This document shows, one piece after another, positions 51,136-63,104 of a stretch of DNA of 64,000 nt. The notes beneath the pieces are model-generated. The model did not search any database, was not told the DNA's origin, and was given only the letters and a program-made list of their open reading frames with translations. How positions within the stretch are numbered: the first letter of the stretch is position 1; the number at the start of each line of letters is the position of its first letter. A program made the translations under genes and the position numbers. The stretch is from contig NC_043011.1 of NCBI RefSeq assembly GCF_006345805.1, forward strand, positions 45,768,464-45,832,463, written 5' to 3'. The DNA is from Octopus sinensis. Taxonomy: Eukaryota.

Positions 51136-51786
51136 CCTGGACTAGTTATTTTTGGGGGATGAATTCTTGATGTACAATATTGTGGATGTAAAAAAAAATG
51201 ATGAGAATGCTCTTGATTGAGCTGTGACTCTTTTGTGCCTTTTGAAGCACCTGTGCCACTTGAAACATTGCATGCAATCCATTGCTTCATCACCGTAAGC
51301 TTGCTGAAGAATATTCCATCTAACTTCCTGTCCATGACAAAAATGCAGACTACTGCATACACGTGATCATAAAAATGCAAATTTCAAAACTTATGCAGTA
51401 AAATAGTGATATCACTTGAGACATTGTTTCGTGGAGGTCACTGCTAACTCTCACTGCACATGCAGCCATGTGCTGTCATCTGTTGGTACACTACAAAACT
51501 ATGAAGTCCACTAGTTTAAGGTGGTGGGCTGGCAGAAACGTTACCAGGCTGGGCGAAATGCTTAGTGGTATTTTGTCTGTCTTTATGTTCCGAGTTCAAA
51601 TTCCGCCGAGGTCGACTTTGCCTTTCATCCTTTCTGAGTCGATAAATTAAGTACCAGTTACACACTGGGATCGATGTAATCAACTTAATCCCTTTGTCTG
51701 TCCTTGTTTGTCCCCTCTATGTTTAGCCCCTTGTGGGCAGTAAAGAAAAAAGAACTAGTCTATGAACTTTTTGATACCATCTCATA
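51116..51786. mobile_element. Mariner-type MITE with a nested family B SINE (about 51515-51752, actagt repeat on both sides)
   Basis: Left TIR tatgaggtggtatgaaaaattcctggactag; right TIR ctagtctatgaactttttgataccatctcata. Confidence 0.75.
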
Positions 51787-52261
51787 TTGCAATGATACTC
51801 CAACATGTTACAGCTTGAAACATCTAAATTCAAAATATGTGGCAAGCAAAATTAATAAATTTATATTTATCTAAAATCACGATGGTTTAAAATGTAAACC
51901 TTTATCTCTTTTTAAAACAGTTATAAATTACATTTTTATGATAGAAATTACTTGGACGTATTTTCAAAAATAACAATTAAAATTCACGACTTTACAGTTA
52001 ATTAAAGATAATTTAAAAAAAAATCTGTGTCCACTTTAAGTGTATGAAGCTTCTAAATAGAAACTACTCAGTCCTCCTCCTCCTCCTTAGTTGTGCAGCC
52101 CACCTGATGATGAGCGATGTCTCGTATGGCTAGCTTCTTGAAAAAGGTTACCTATGTACACTGAGAGATACTACTGTCTTTTAATATTTGGAGCTTGGTA
52201 TGTTGTTTTTTTAGTACTGAAAACTGTGCTTTCATGTCAATTGTCAAATGTTGTCTAGACC

Positions 52262-52615
52262 TAAAAAGTCAGAAAACAGCACAGCTCTCTTGACTTTCGG
52301 AAACATTTTTTCACGCTAAGAGTTGCTGAAGCATGGAACAAACTGCCGGCATCTGTTGTTAGTTGTCGGAGCGCAGCATCCTCCAAAACTTCCATGCTTC
52401 CTGAGATTCGCCAACACTACACCTGATTTTCTTCTCTCCATACACACGCAAGCATGTATCTGACTCATACACTCTTCACTTCCCAGACATTTGTATATTA
52501 CTGCATATGCTTTATATGCACTTTTGACAAGTTGTGGTGCACCTGAGCACTGTATACGCTAATTTATATTATAAACCCTGACTGTATATGCTAATTTATA
52601 TTATAAACCCTGACT
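52262..52615 (+). mobile_element. CR1/L2-group LINE 3' fragment (different family from 23890-25670) ending in a 32-bp tandem duplication
   Basis: KVRKQHSSLDFRKHFFTLRVAEAWNKLPASVV...EIRQHYT*. Confidence 0.75.
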
Positions 52616-53369
52616 GAACTCATCTATGATCAAAGGGCATTCAAGCCATGACCATGTTTATTTTTCAGAAACAGTATACCTTGGCTCAGATTTCCTAATG
52701 TATCCTTTTGCACTTAAGGTGGGAGGGTATGGATTTAGAAGGAGATTTGGCTACTATTTCTAGCCAGTCGAGTAATTACACGAGCATTGTCATTTGCTTG
52801 ACAATCAATGCTGGTGTGTTTACATCCCCATAACTTAGCAGTTCAGCAAAAACAACCAATAGAATAAGTACTAGGCTTACAAAGAATAAGTCCTGGGGTC
52901 GATTTGCTCAAATAAAGGTGGTGCTCCAGCATGGCCAGAGTCAGATGACTGAAACAAGTAAAAGAAAGAATAAGAATTAAATCTGCTTAAAATCCAATGC
53001 AGTGGAATCGAACTCAAGACCTCATGCATGTGAAGCAAACTACTTAACCATTCAGCCACACATAAAAGGAAAAAAATGATCTGGGGGATGCTGTTACTCA
53101 TAGTTTATACAGTATGTAAATTATCCCATTTTTTGTACATGCATGTGCATGTATTTTTGTGAAGGTATATCCATATACAAGGGTACATGTATCACTCTCT
53201 CTCTCTCTCTCTCTCTCTTTCCTCTCTCGCCCTCCAACTCAGGTAATCTTGTATTCCTCTATTGCAAAACACTTATTCCTGTACTTCTAATTATATTCTA
53301 ACCTCTCAGCATCTGGCACAAAGCCACTTCCCTCAAAAAGGTCTGGTTCTGCAAGTTATTTGATGACCT

Positions 53370-53550
53370 CACTGCTGTTGGTGCCATGTGAGAAACCACT
53401 CTGTAAAGTGGTTGGCATTAAGAAGGGCATCCAACCATAGAAACCATGCCAAATCAGGGCTGGATGCTGGTGCAGTGTTCTCATTTGCCAGCATCTGTCA
53501 AACCATCCAACTCATGCCAGCATGGAAGGTAGATGTTAAATGACGATGGT
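53370..53550 (+). mobile_element. Family C retroposon, diverged
   Basis: Family match. Confidence 0.75.
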
Positions 53551-54975
53551 GATATGTGTATATGTGTGTGTGTGTGTGTATGAGTGTGTGTATGTGTCAT
53601 AGTGTGTGTGTGTGCACGTTTTTGTGCATGTGGTTCATGTCAGAATAATGAGCTTTTAAATGGTTACTCGATCTGTTATAAATAACAGTCAACTATTTAT
53701 CCTACTACAGGTCTGGCAGATGAAGATACACCTGTGGCTAAACAACACAAACTAGACAAAAGTAACAGCGTTATTCAGTAGCTGTGCATGCAGCACACCT
53801 GTTGCGCAGACAATGCTTTGATTTCCTGTCTAATCTACTCAAAACTCTATAACATCCATAAAGCATTGATTAATATTATCCTTACCCCAATGGTTCGTTT
53901 TGAACCTGTTTTTTTGATCTACACACCAAAAGCCCCCCCCCACCACCACCACCACTACCACCACTATCGCCACCACATGCTGACACCCAATACATTTTAT
54001 CTAACCACAAATGATGTTTAGTGGTCTAATGATCACATCACATCTGCATGAAATTTTTTGTACTTTACTTATCAGGTTTAGAAGTTCTGGTCACAGATTT
54101 ATAATATATTTATTTATTCACTATATAGAACACCAAGAGATTTAACACACACACACACACACACACAAACATACATATATACATACACACACACATGAAT
54201 TATTTCCCAAACTGAAAACTATCAATATCAAAAACTTAACTCTAAGTTTTTCTGTTAATCAAACTTGGCAATAGGAAGAAACTTCTTTGTCTGGTTTCTT
54301 AGCCAGGAGGAGATTGCTCTCCATCGACTTGTTTGCAGTCACTGAATATTAAAGGGCCTGCAAAATATATCAACCCTTTAGCATTCAGATTACGCTATCA
54401 AATGCAATGCTTATTTATTCATATTGCTTTGAATTAATCATGTATAATTGCATGGTTTCGAGATTTTGATCAAGCAACTGTTTATTTTTAGAATGACATT
54501 ATAGGGTAGGTATGAGAGGCCAGATCTCAGGGGTCAGTATGAATATAAAACAGTTAGAATATTTGGCCCTGATATGACTGGATTAAATGCTAAACTTGTT
54601 AGTTGAGATTTGTAACAGTGCTACATGGTGCTACATGGAGGAAGCAGACAGAGAAAGTGGTGGCGATGATGATATATGATTTGTTTTCACGCAGTTCTTC
54701 ATTTATTAAATTTCACTCATATATCACTAGTTAACTGTAGAGTAGCATAGTAAAGGAAACTTGCCCAAGGCACCATTGGATAGTATGACTGAACCCAGAA
54801 GTGCATGGTTGTGGAGTGAACTTCTTAACTATACTGGCATACCTGCTTCATTCTTATTTTGTTTAAACTACAACCTTCATTTGCATAGTTCTTCCACAAT
54901 CTATGTTACTATATTATTCAATATATTAATCTCACTTTGCTACCTTGACACTTATGTTACCATATTTCTCTAGAC

Positions 54976-55194
54976 CAGTGGTTTTCAACCAGGGTTCCGT
55001 GGAACCTTAGGGTTCCACCAGTACAGTCCAGGGGTTCCGCAAGAAGTTACAAAACTGCTAAAATCGGCAGTAATTTTTAATTCTCCTGTGCAAATATGTG
55101 TGTATAAGACTATTAAATTATTGCACAGAGGTTCCCCGAGCCAGTGGAATGTTTCCTTGGGGTTCCGCTCCAGCAAAAAGGTTGAAAAGCACTG
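54976..55194. mobile_element. hAT (Charlie-like) MITE with perfect 8-bp TSD
   Basis: CAGTGGTTTTCAACC...GGTTGAAAAGCACTG; CTCTAGAC at 54968-54975 and 55195-55202. Confidence 0.9.
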
Positions 55195-55204
55195 CTCTAG
55201 ACAG

Positions 55205-55548
55205 TTGCATATAGAAGTGGATAGAATATTTAGGAGAGGGAGACCCAGAAAAATATGGGATGAAGTATTGAAGGCCAGTCTCAAGACATTGAGCCTTATG
55301 AAGGAGATGACTAAGGACCAAGATACCTGGCACATTGCTGTTCTCAACAAGACCCATCTGCCACCACAGAATTGATACTGGTGCTGGTGCCACATAAAAA
55401 GCACCCAGTACACTCTGTGTCATTACTATGTCTGTCCAGCTGTAGCAACCATGCCAAAACAATGGTACCTTGTGTACCCCTGACCTAAACAGCTCAGGTC
55501 AAACCATCCAACCCATGTCAGCATTGTAAATGATGATGATGATGATGA
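55205..55548 (+). mobile_element. RTE-type LINE 3' end: ORF C-terminus running into family C sequence
   Basis: RRGRPRKIWDEVLKASLKTLSLMKEMTKDQDTW, then the gccacataaaaagcacccagtacactctg...catgtcagcat..aaatgatgatg tail. Confidence 0.7.
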
Positions 55549-56126
55549 TTTCTGTTGAAACACATTTCTTTTTTTGTTTCAACTAATTTAGAAAATAATT
55601 AAGAATTCACTCAAATGACTTTGGAACATAGATTAACATAAAATTTTGATGGAAAGTTTTGATATGGAATTTTGCGTCATAGAATCAAGAGCAGTCTTGG
55701 GTGGGTTGGTATCGAAAGGGTTAAAGAATGAAAGAATATTTAGCCTAGGATATATCAGCTTTCAGTTTTAAGCCAATACAGAGCTGAATCACGGAATGTG
55801 TATACGACAAGATAAGAAATACAAGAGGTGGTGGCAGCAGCAGTAGTAGTAGCAGTAGTAGTAGTAGTCGTGGTGGTGGCAGTAGTAGTAGTCGTGGTGG
55901 TGGCAGTAGTAGTAGTAGTAGTCGTGGTGGTGGTGGTGGTATAAGTAGTAGTAGTAGTAGTAGTAATAGTAGTAGTAGTAATTATAAACAGCCTACAATG
56001 GAGAGACTACATGACTTGATGAGCTGTAAGTTAATCCGTTAACAAGTTAATCCCAAACCAATTGTCCGAGGCAGATAAAGCTGTTAAATCATCTCTATTG
56101 AAAGGAAGTGTGTAAAGGTAAATTTA

Positions 56127-56162
<36 letters not shown>

Positions 56163-56737
56163 CCGATGCAGATTTTGTAAAGCTTCCAAAATAATAACCT
56201 CGATCATTTAGTCCAACCCATATCCGCATGGAATATGAGATGATGATGCTTAGCATTGTGAGAAACGAAGATAAAATTGCCTTCATGCCGTTATCGTTGT
56301 TTATATATTTTCATCATAACACTTGTTTCATTATTGCATTGTTATCATTATTATTACTGAGAATATAAAATTTTAAAAAATATTATATGATTGTTGCCTT
56401 TTATTAAGCCATTATTATTGAGAAGTAAGGGAAACCATTTTCTGTCAAATAATAACTAATAATTCTCTTAAAATAGTATTTCATTTAATAAAATACAGTT
56501 TGCAAACGTAATTCCAACAGTGTTTGTATAGATTTGAGAATTCCCTTTGTTGTGTATCAAGTTTGAACTTTTCAGAGTATTTAAAACCATTGTCTTCTCC
56601 AGATTGTAGAGCTTAGGATTTTTATGGGTTGGAAATGAGAATTTGAGCAGACACTGATATGGAAACTGTATTAATGGAAGTAAAAAATGTAAAACAACAT
56701 TGTTACGGTGAGGTAACCATGCATTGCCTTTACAACA

Positions 56738-57200
56738 TATTTCTTTACTACCCACAAGGGGCTACACACAGAGAGGACAAACAAGGACAGACAAACGGAT
56801 TAAGTCGATTATACCTATTTCTTTATTACCCACAAGGGGCTAAACACAGAAGGGACAAACAAGGACAGACATAGGTATTAAGTCGATTACGTCGACCCCT
56901 GTGAGTAACTACTGGTACTTAATTTATCGACCCCGATATGATGAAAGGTAAAGTCGACCTCAGCGGAATTTGAACTCAGAACATAACGGCAGACAAAATA
57001 CTGCTAAGCATTTCGCCCGATGTGCTAACGCTTCTGCCAGCTCAACCGACCCCAGTGCATAACTGGCACTTAATTTATCGACCCCGAAAGGATGAAAGGC
57101 AAAGTCGACGTCGGCGGAATTTGAACTCAGAACGTAATGGCAGACGAAATACGGCTACGCATTTCGCCCGGCGTGCTAACGGTTCTGCCAGCTCACTGCC
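56738..57200 (-). mobile_element. Family B SINE cluster with partial tandem units
   Basis: Repeated 3' segments and two heads. Confidence 0.85.
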
Positions 57201-57439
57201 TTACACCCTTTACAACAGCACACCTGTTTCTACCCCCCTTGTTAACTCTGTCTATCTGTCTGTCTGTCTCTCTCTCTGGCTGGGTAACCATGTATTTCCT
57301 CTACAGCAAGACATCTGTTTCTGTCTCTCTGTCTCTTTGTCACACTGTAACCTTTCATCATCTGGCACAAAATCACCTCCTCCAATGCTTCTTTCCTTCT
57401 CAAAGAATCCTTGTCCTGCACAGTTACTTGGTGACCCTG

Positions 57440-57735
57440 CCAGTGCTGGTGCCACTTAAAAAACATCCAGTCCACACTGTAAAATGGTTGGCATTTGGAA
57501 GAGCATCCAGCTGTAAAAAACATTCCCAAACTGACCTTGCCTGCGCAAGTACCACATAAAAAGCACTCAGCCTACTCTGCAGAATGGTTGATGTTAGGAA
57601 GGGCATCCAGCTGTAAAACCCCTGCCCAAACAGACAAAGAAGCATGATTAAGGCTTCTGCCTGGCTGGCTCCTGTGAATCTATCCAACCCATGCCAGCCT
57701 AGAAGGAAGATGTTAAAACAATGATGATGATGATT
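57440..57735 (+). mobile_element. Family C retroposon with internal duplication
   Basis: ggcatccagctgtaaaa-like motif occurs twice; (ATG)n tail. Confidence 0.8.
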
Positions 57736-57768
57736 CCACTAACAAGGGATTTTGGCAGTACATTTGAT

Positions 57769-57996
57769 CAGTGGTTCTCAACTGGAGTCCATATAACCTT
57801 TAGGGGTTCATAGAAATTTTGTTGTTAAAGTTTATGTGCAAGTAACTGGTTATGTATCTACAATGCACAAAGTATTTAAACATTTTTTTATACAATTCCT
57901 AATAATATTTAATCATAGAAATATAACGAGGGTCCCAACCCCTGAGTAAAATGGGATTCAAAGGGCTCCAAATGCAAAAATGTTTGAGAATCACTG
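57769..57996. mobile_element. hAT-type MITE, TSD decayed
   Basis: CAGTGGTTCTCAAC...TTTGAGAATCACTG. Confidence 0.7.
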
Positions 57997-58084
57997 CTCT
58001 AGATAAATATTTATAATTCTAATTGGACTACTTATCTATTCTAGATTAGTCTCATACAATGTTCTGTTATACTCTAGGTACAAT

Positions 58085-58550
58085 GTCTGAAATTTTGGGG
58101 GAGGAGGTCAGTTGATTAGATTGACTCCAGTACGCAACTGGTACCTAATTTATTGATCCTGAAAGGATGGAAGGCAAAGTCGACCTCGGTGGAATTTGAA
58201 CTCAGAATGTAAAGACAGACAAAATACAGCTAAGTATTTTGTCTGGTGTGCTAACACTACTGCCAGCTCGATGCCTTTGTGTAGTAATAATAACCTTTTC
58301 TGCTCTAGGCACAAGGTCCAAAACTTTTGCGGAGGGGACCAGTCGATTAGATTGACCCCAGTATGCAACTGTTACTTAATTTATCAACCTCAAAAGGATG
58401 AAAGGCAAAGTCGACCTCGGCGAAATTTGAAGTTGGGTAGATGGAATCTATATAGAAGTTTGTTAGATGGATTGTACCATAGCGGCAGACGAAATACCAC
58501 TAAGCATTTTGCCCAGCATGCTAACGTTTCTGCCAGCTTGCCACCTTAGT
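58085..58550 (-). mobile_element. Two older family B-like SINE copies
   Basis: aaggcaaagtcgacctcgg core occurs twice. Confidence 0.75.
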
Positions 58551-58989
58551 CTCAAACAATATTAAAACCTACCAGTATCCACAAAACATTCATCACTGCA
58601 CTAAGAACACATCAACCTGTAACTATTTTCACTTAAATTACAAATATTTTACCCTTTTGTTACTGTATTTCTATTGACATACAGATGAATGTATGTGGCT
58701 TACTGGTTAGAGGTATTCAGCTCACAATCCTAAGTTGTGAGTTCAATTCCTGGTGGTGAGTTGTGTGCTCAAGCAAGACGCTTTTGCTCCAGTCTGCTCA
58801 GCTAGCGTAAATGAGTTGTGCATGTAATACAAAAGGCCAACCTCTTCACATTCTCTGTCATATTGAATCTCCCTGAGAACTACATAAAGGATACATGCTC
58901 TTTCATTAATCAGCTGAACTGGAATACTCACTGTTGTAACCGATTGAGTTCCAGTTTTTTTTTCTTCATTAACATACTCTCTTTACTCT

Positions 58990-59402
58990 CTTTTTACTCT
59001 TTTACTTGTTTCAGTCATTTGACTGCGGCCATGCTGGAGCACCGCCTTTAGTCGAGCAAATCGACCCCGGGACTTATTCTTTGTAAGCCCAGTACTTATT
59101 CTATCGGTCTCTTTTGCCGAACCGCTAAGTGACGGGGACATAAACACACCAGCATCGGTTGTCAAGCAATGCTAGGGGTACAAACACAGACATACAAACG
59201 TACACATACATATATATATATATATACATATATAACGACAGGCTTCTTTCAGTTTCCGTCTACCAAATCCACTCACAAGGCATTGGTCGGCCCGGGGCTA
59301 TAGCAGAAGACACTTGCCCAAGATGCCATGCACGCAGTGGGACTGAACCCGGAACCATGTGGTTGGTTAGCAAGCTACTTACCACACAGCCACTCCTGCG
59401 CC
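58990..59402 (-). mobile_element. Family A SINE, full length
   Basis: Family match. Confidence 0.9.
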
Positions 59403-59717
59403 TGGCTTTATTTCAATTAACTTTGAAAATAATGGAGAATTTAGTAAAATAACTTTGTGATTATGAAGCTGGCATTTGGCTGGCACATAATGAGGAATTT
59501 GATGGAAGATTTTAATTTAGATCAGTTTAAAACTAGAAGTGTGTATCATATAGAATCAGGAGCTGTCTCAGATGGGTTGATTTTGAAAGGGTTAAACTAG
59601 TTGTTCTCAACCATTATTTGCCTATGGATCCTTTTGATTCCTATATTGCTCAGGTAGGGGGACTGTTATAAACATATTTTTATGATTATATATTATTATT
59701 ATTATTGATTAAATGTG

Positions 59718-60030
59718 AAGGCGCAAGGCTCAGTCGTTAAAGTGTCAGGCTGACAATCATGAGGTAGTGAGTTCGATTCCAGGATAATGCTGTGTGTTAT
59801 GTTCCAGTTCACTTATCTGTAGAAATGAGTTGTGACATCATTGGTGCCAAGCTGTATCAGCCAGCCTTTGCCTTTCCCTTGGATAACATCGGTGGCATGG
59901 AGAGGGGCGGCTGGTGTGCATGGGTGACTGCTGGTCTTCCATACACAACCTTGCTTGGATTTCTGCCTTGGAGGTTAACATTCTAGGTGCAATCCCATGG
60001 TTGTTCATGACTGAAGGGGGACTTTTTTTA
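59718..60030 (+). mobile_element. Family D tRNA-derived SINE
   Basis: Homologous along its length to 63105-63436. Confidence 0.85.
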
Positions 60031-60318
60031 ATGATTAATAATATTATTAGGAATGTTTTAGGGGGTCTTTTTTTAATGTTTAGGAATGATTTTAACGTTT
60101 AGGGGGACTTTTTTTAATGATTAAATAATATTATTAGGAATGTTTTAGGGGGACTTTTTTTAATGTTTAGGAATGATTTTAACGTTTAGGGGGACTTTTT
60201 TTAATGATTAAATAATATTATTAGGAATGTTTTAGGGAGACTTTTTTTAATGTTTAGGAATGGTTTTAACGTTTAGGGGGACTTTTTTTAATGATTAGAT
60301 AATATTATTGGGAATGTT
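60016..60318. repeat. Dimeric minisatellite of about 87 bp (3.5 copies) beginning at the family D tail
   Basis: gggggact unit starts at 60016, 60102, 60189 and 60276. Confidence 0.9.
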
Positions 60319-60802
60319 TAACCCTTTCGTTACTGTATTTTTTTTTTTTTTGAGATGCTCTGTGTTTCTTTCAATTACTTTAAATATAACAAAGAATTTA
60401 GTAAAATAACTTAGTTATCATTAAGCTAGTATTAGGAACATAAATTCTAAGTAAGGTTTGGTGGAAGATTTCAATTCAAAACTTATGAAGACAAGACATT
60501 TGTACTCAGAGCCAGAGCTGGTTTCAGCTGGGTTGGTATCGGAAGGGTTAAATTAATCATTTGTTAACCCTTTTGTTATCATATTTCTATTGAGATGCTT
60601 TGTGTTTCTTTCAATTGATTTTAAATATAACAAAGAATTTAGTAAAATAACTTAGTTATCATTCAGCTAGTGTTAGGGACATAAATTGTGACTAAGTTTG
60701 GTGGAAGGTTTTAATTCAAAACTTATAATAACAAGACATTTGTACTACGGAGCCAGAAGCAGTTTCAGATGGGATGGGCTGGGCTGGTAGTGAAAGGATT
60801 AA
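60318..60802. mobile_element. Two TTAA-flanked MITEs (family G, piggyBac-like ends): 60318-60551 and 60564-60802
   Basis: TTAA-CCCTTT ... AAGGG-TTAA; partial copies at 55545-55722 and 59410-59595. Confidence 0.7.
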
Positions 60803-61528
60803 ATATTTTGTGTATTGTAGAAAATAGTGCACATAAATTTCAATAACAAAATTTCAACATATGGACCCCAGTTGAGAACCAGTGGGTTAAACATTTGAAG
60901 ACTGTTAAAGTTTCAATAGCCCATTCATCTCACTGTGTTCTTGTCTATCTGTCTCTCTCTCCCTCCTTAAGTTTTAGCTCCAATCACTATCTTTGAACAA
61001 TTCTAGCAACAGTTTTAATTTCTTAAAGATACTCTCTTGGCATGAAAAGATGTGAAACGAAATTGTAATTATTACTTCTGTCACATCAATCTTTTATCTT
61101 CCACTTATGGTCCTGGACCGCCATATGTCAAATTGTATTTGTCATTACCATCTCTTCTCTCTCTCTCTCTTTCATAGTAACAATAGAACAGATGTTGCAA
61201 TTGTCTATTTTCTGTCAGTTCCACTACAGTAAACTTAATGATATTAAATATGAATGCTATATACCTGTTTCCAATTGGTGTCTCACTCATTTGATATTAG
61301 TTTTACTCCATTAACATATTGAATATTTTCATCAATTTTCTTTACAGTCATTAGTTTCCACAATTGTTCCAGTAATTATTATGATTTCTGTTCTTAATTT
61401 CCAAATCTTATGATCACCATCCATGAAGTAGTTGATATTAACTCAGGAATATTTTATTATCTGCATGTGATTATCACATTTCAATTAACAATAATCATAG
61501 GCAGTGGCAGTACCTGGTATACCTGGTC

Positions 61529-61567
61529 AACATGTGCTAATTTACTGCTTACATCTGATTGCTATAG
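61529..61567 (-). other. Candidate 39-nt exon (alternative donor 9 nt downstream)
   Basis: Pyrimidine-rich ...ttttttctgtactatAG acceptor, frame QSDVSSKLAHVDQ, CAG|gtatac donor. Confidence 0.2.
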
Positions 61568-61617
61568 TACAGAAAAAACAAACCCCTAGTAATTAAATGA
61601 TAGGACTGTCCATGTAA

Positions 61618-62017
61618 TCTATATCTATATATATATAAAGCTGAAGTTGTCTGTGTGTGGCAGGTTTGGTAGCCTTCAACTAACACTATCTTCTCCAAGA
61701 CCCTGCGGCGCAAGTTGACCAAAATTGAGAGTATGATAGAAGAAGGCTTGCTCTTCCTTCCGTAGAAGATAAAATTTAAATTGGACCATGTTAACACCAA
61801 AAATTATTTACATCAAAAAGGTGCTTTTTTTCTATGAAAATCCCTATTTTTTTTACAAGTTTTTGACTGCTGTGTCGCCATTTTTCGGTGCATTTCAACC
61901 AGAAAAATGTTCACTTAAAGAGAATAACGAGCTACATAATGCAAAATTTTTACTTTTCAAAAATTCCAATTCTAAAGGGTCAAAACAAACCTGAGCAACA
62001 CCGGGCAATACTGCTAG
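61618..62017 (+). mobile_element. Non-autonomous Helitron (400 bp)
   Basis: A|TCTATATCTATATATATATAAAG 5' end; cctgagcaacaccggg degenerate hairpin and CTAG|T 3' end. Confidence 0.8.
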
Positions 62018-62043
62018 TTACATATTTAGTATATATATATATT

Positions 62044-62400
62044 TAGGTGTGGCTGTGTGGTAAGAAGCTTGCTTCCCAGTCACATGGTTCAGGGTTCAAT
62101 CCCACTGCATGACTGTTTTCTACTATAGCCTTCTGCCGATCAAAGCCTTGTGAGTGGATTTGGTAGATGGAAACTGAAAGAAGCCAATCATATATATATG
62201 TGTATGTGTGTGTGTGAGTGCCTTTGCATCTGTGTTTGTCCCCCACCTCCCACCACAACTTGCATCCCCATAACTTGGTGGTTCTGCAAAAGAGGCCAGG
62301 CTTAAAAAATAAATGTATTGGGTCGATTCATGCAGCTTAAAATTCAGGGCAGTGCACCAGCATGGCTGCAGTCACATGACTGATACAAGTAAAAGGTAAA
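62044..62400 (+). mobile_element. Family A SINE, diverged
   Basis: Family match. Confidence 0.8.
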
Positions 62401-62402
62401 AG

Positions 62403-62438
<36 letters not shown>

Positions 62439-62576
62439 ATATATATATGTGTGTGTATATATATATGTATATATATATATATGTGTGTGTGTGTGTATAT
62501 ATATATATATGTATATATATGTGTGTGTGTATATATATATATATATGTATACATATATATAATATATATTATAATG

Positions 62577-62614
<38 letters not shown>

Positions 62615-62652
62615 AATATAATTTATATATATATATAATGTATACATATATA

Positions 62653-62688
<36 letters not shown>

Positions 62689-62694
<6 letters not shown>

Positions 62695-62935
62695 GGAAGA
62701 GGGAAACAAAATCAAGGCAGGACAAGCTTATCAGTTCATTTAAATTATTTTAATGGTGAACCGAAGTAAGAAAAAGTAAATAATAGTGTCTTACAGCTGT
62801 TTCTGGGATGGGATATCTCAGAAACAGCTGTAAGACACTATTATTTACTTTTTCTTACTTTGATTCACCATTGAAATAATTTAAATGAACTGATAAGCTT
62901 GTCCTGCCTTGATTTTGTTTCCCTCTTCCTTTAAT
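62689..62935. mobile_element. Foldback element P3 (arms of about 121 bp, 4 mismatches) carrying the 3' half of a hammerhead motif in each arm
   Basis: GAAAC-AGCT-GTA-AGAC at 62821-62836, mirrored at 62788-62803; the first 30 bp recur exactly at 63971-64000. Confidence 0.85.
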
Positions 62936-63104
62936 TTATACCTGTTGACTCGAAAGTAGGCTTTGGATACCCAACTCCAGCACTCATTGTGAACTTGAAT
63001 CCTAGTAGCTTATCAATGGGAGCACTCAGACAGCATACCTATTAGTTTAGATCACTAGTGGCCTAAACTCTTCCTATTCTATATATATATATATATATAT
63101 ATAT

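Larger units (their letters stand above)
59598..60884. mobile_element. hAT-type MITE expanded by nested insertions
   Basis: tagttgttctcaacc...gttgagaaccagtg with GGTTAAAC at 59590-59597 and 60885-60892. Confidence 0.75.

Noticed and set aside
52104-52150. CTGATGA followed by a short hairpin
   Set aside because: No GAAA directly after the stem, and no stem I or III.
52091-52197. Segment with strong acceptor and donor sites on the plus strand
   Set aside because: Stops in all three frames; cannot be supported as a coding exon without transcripts.
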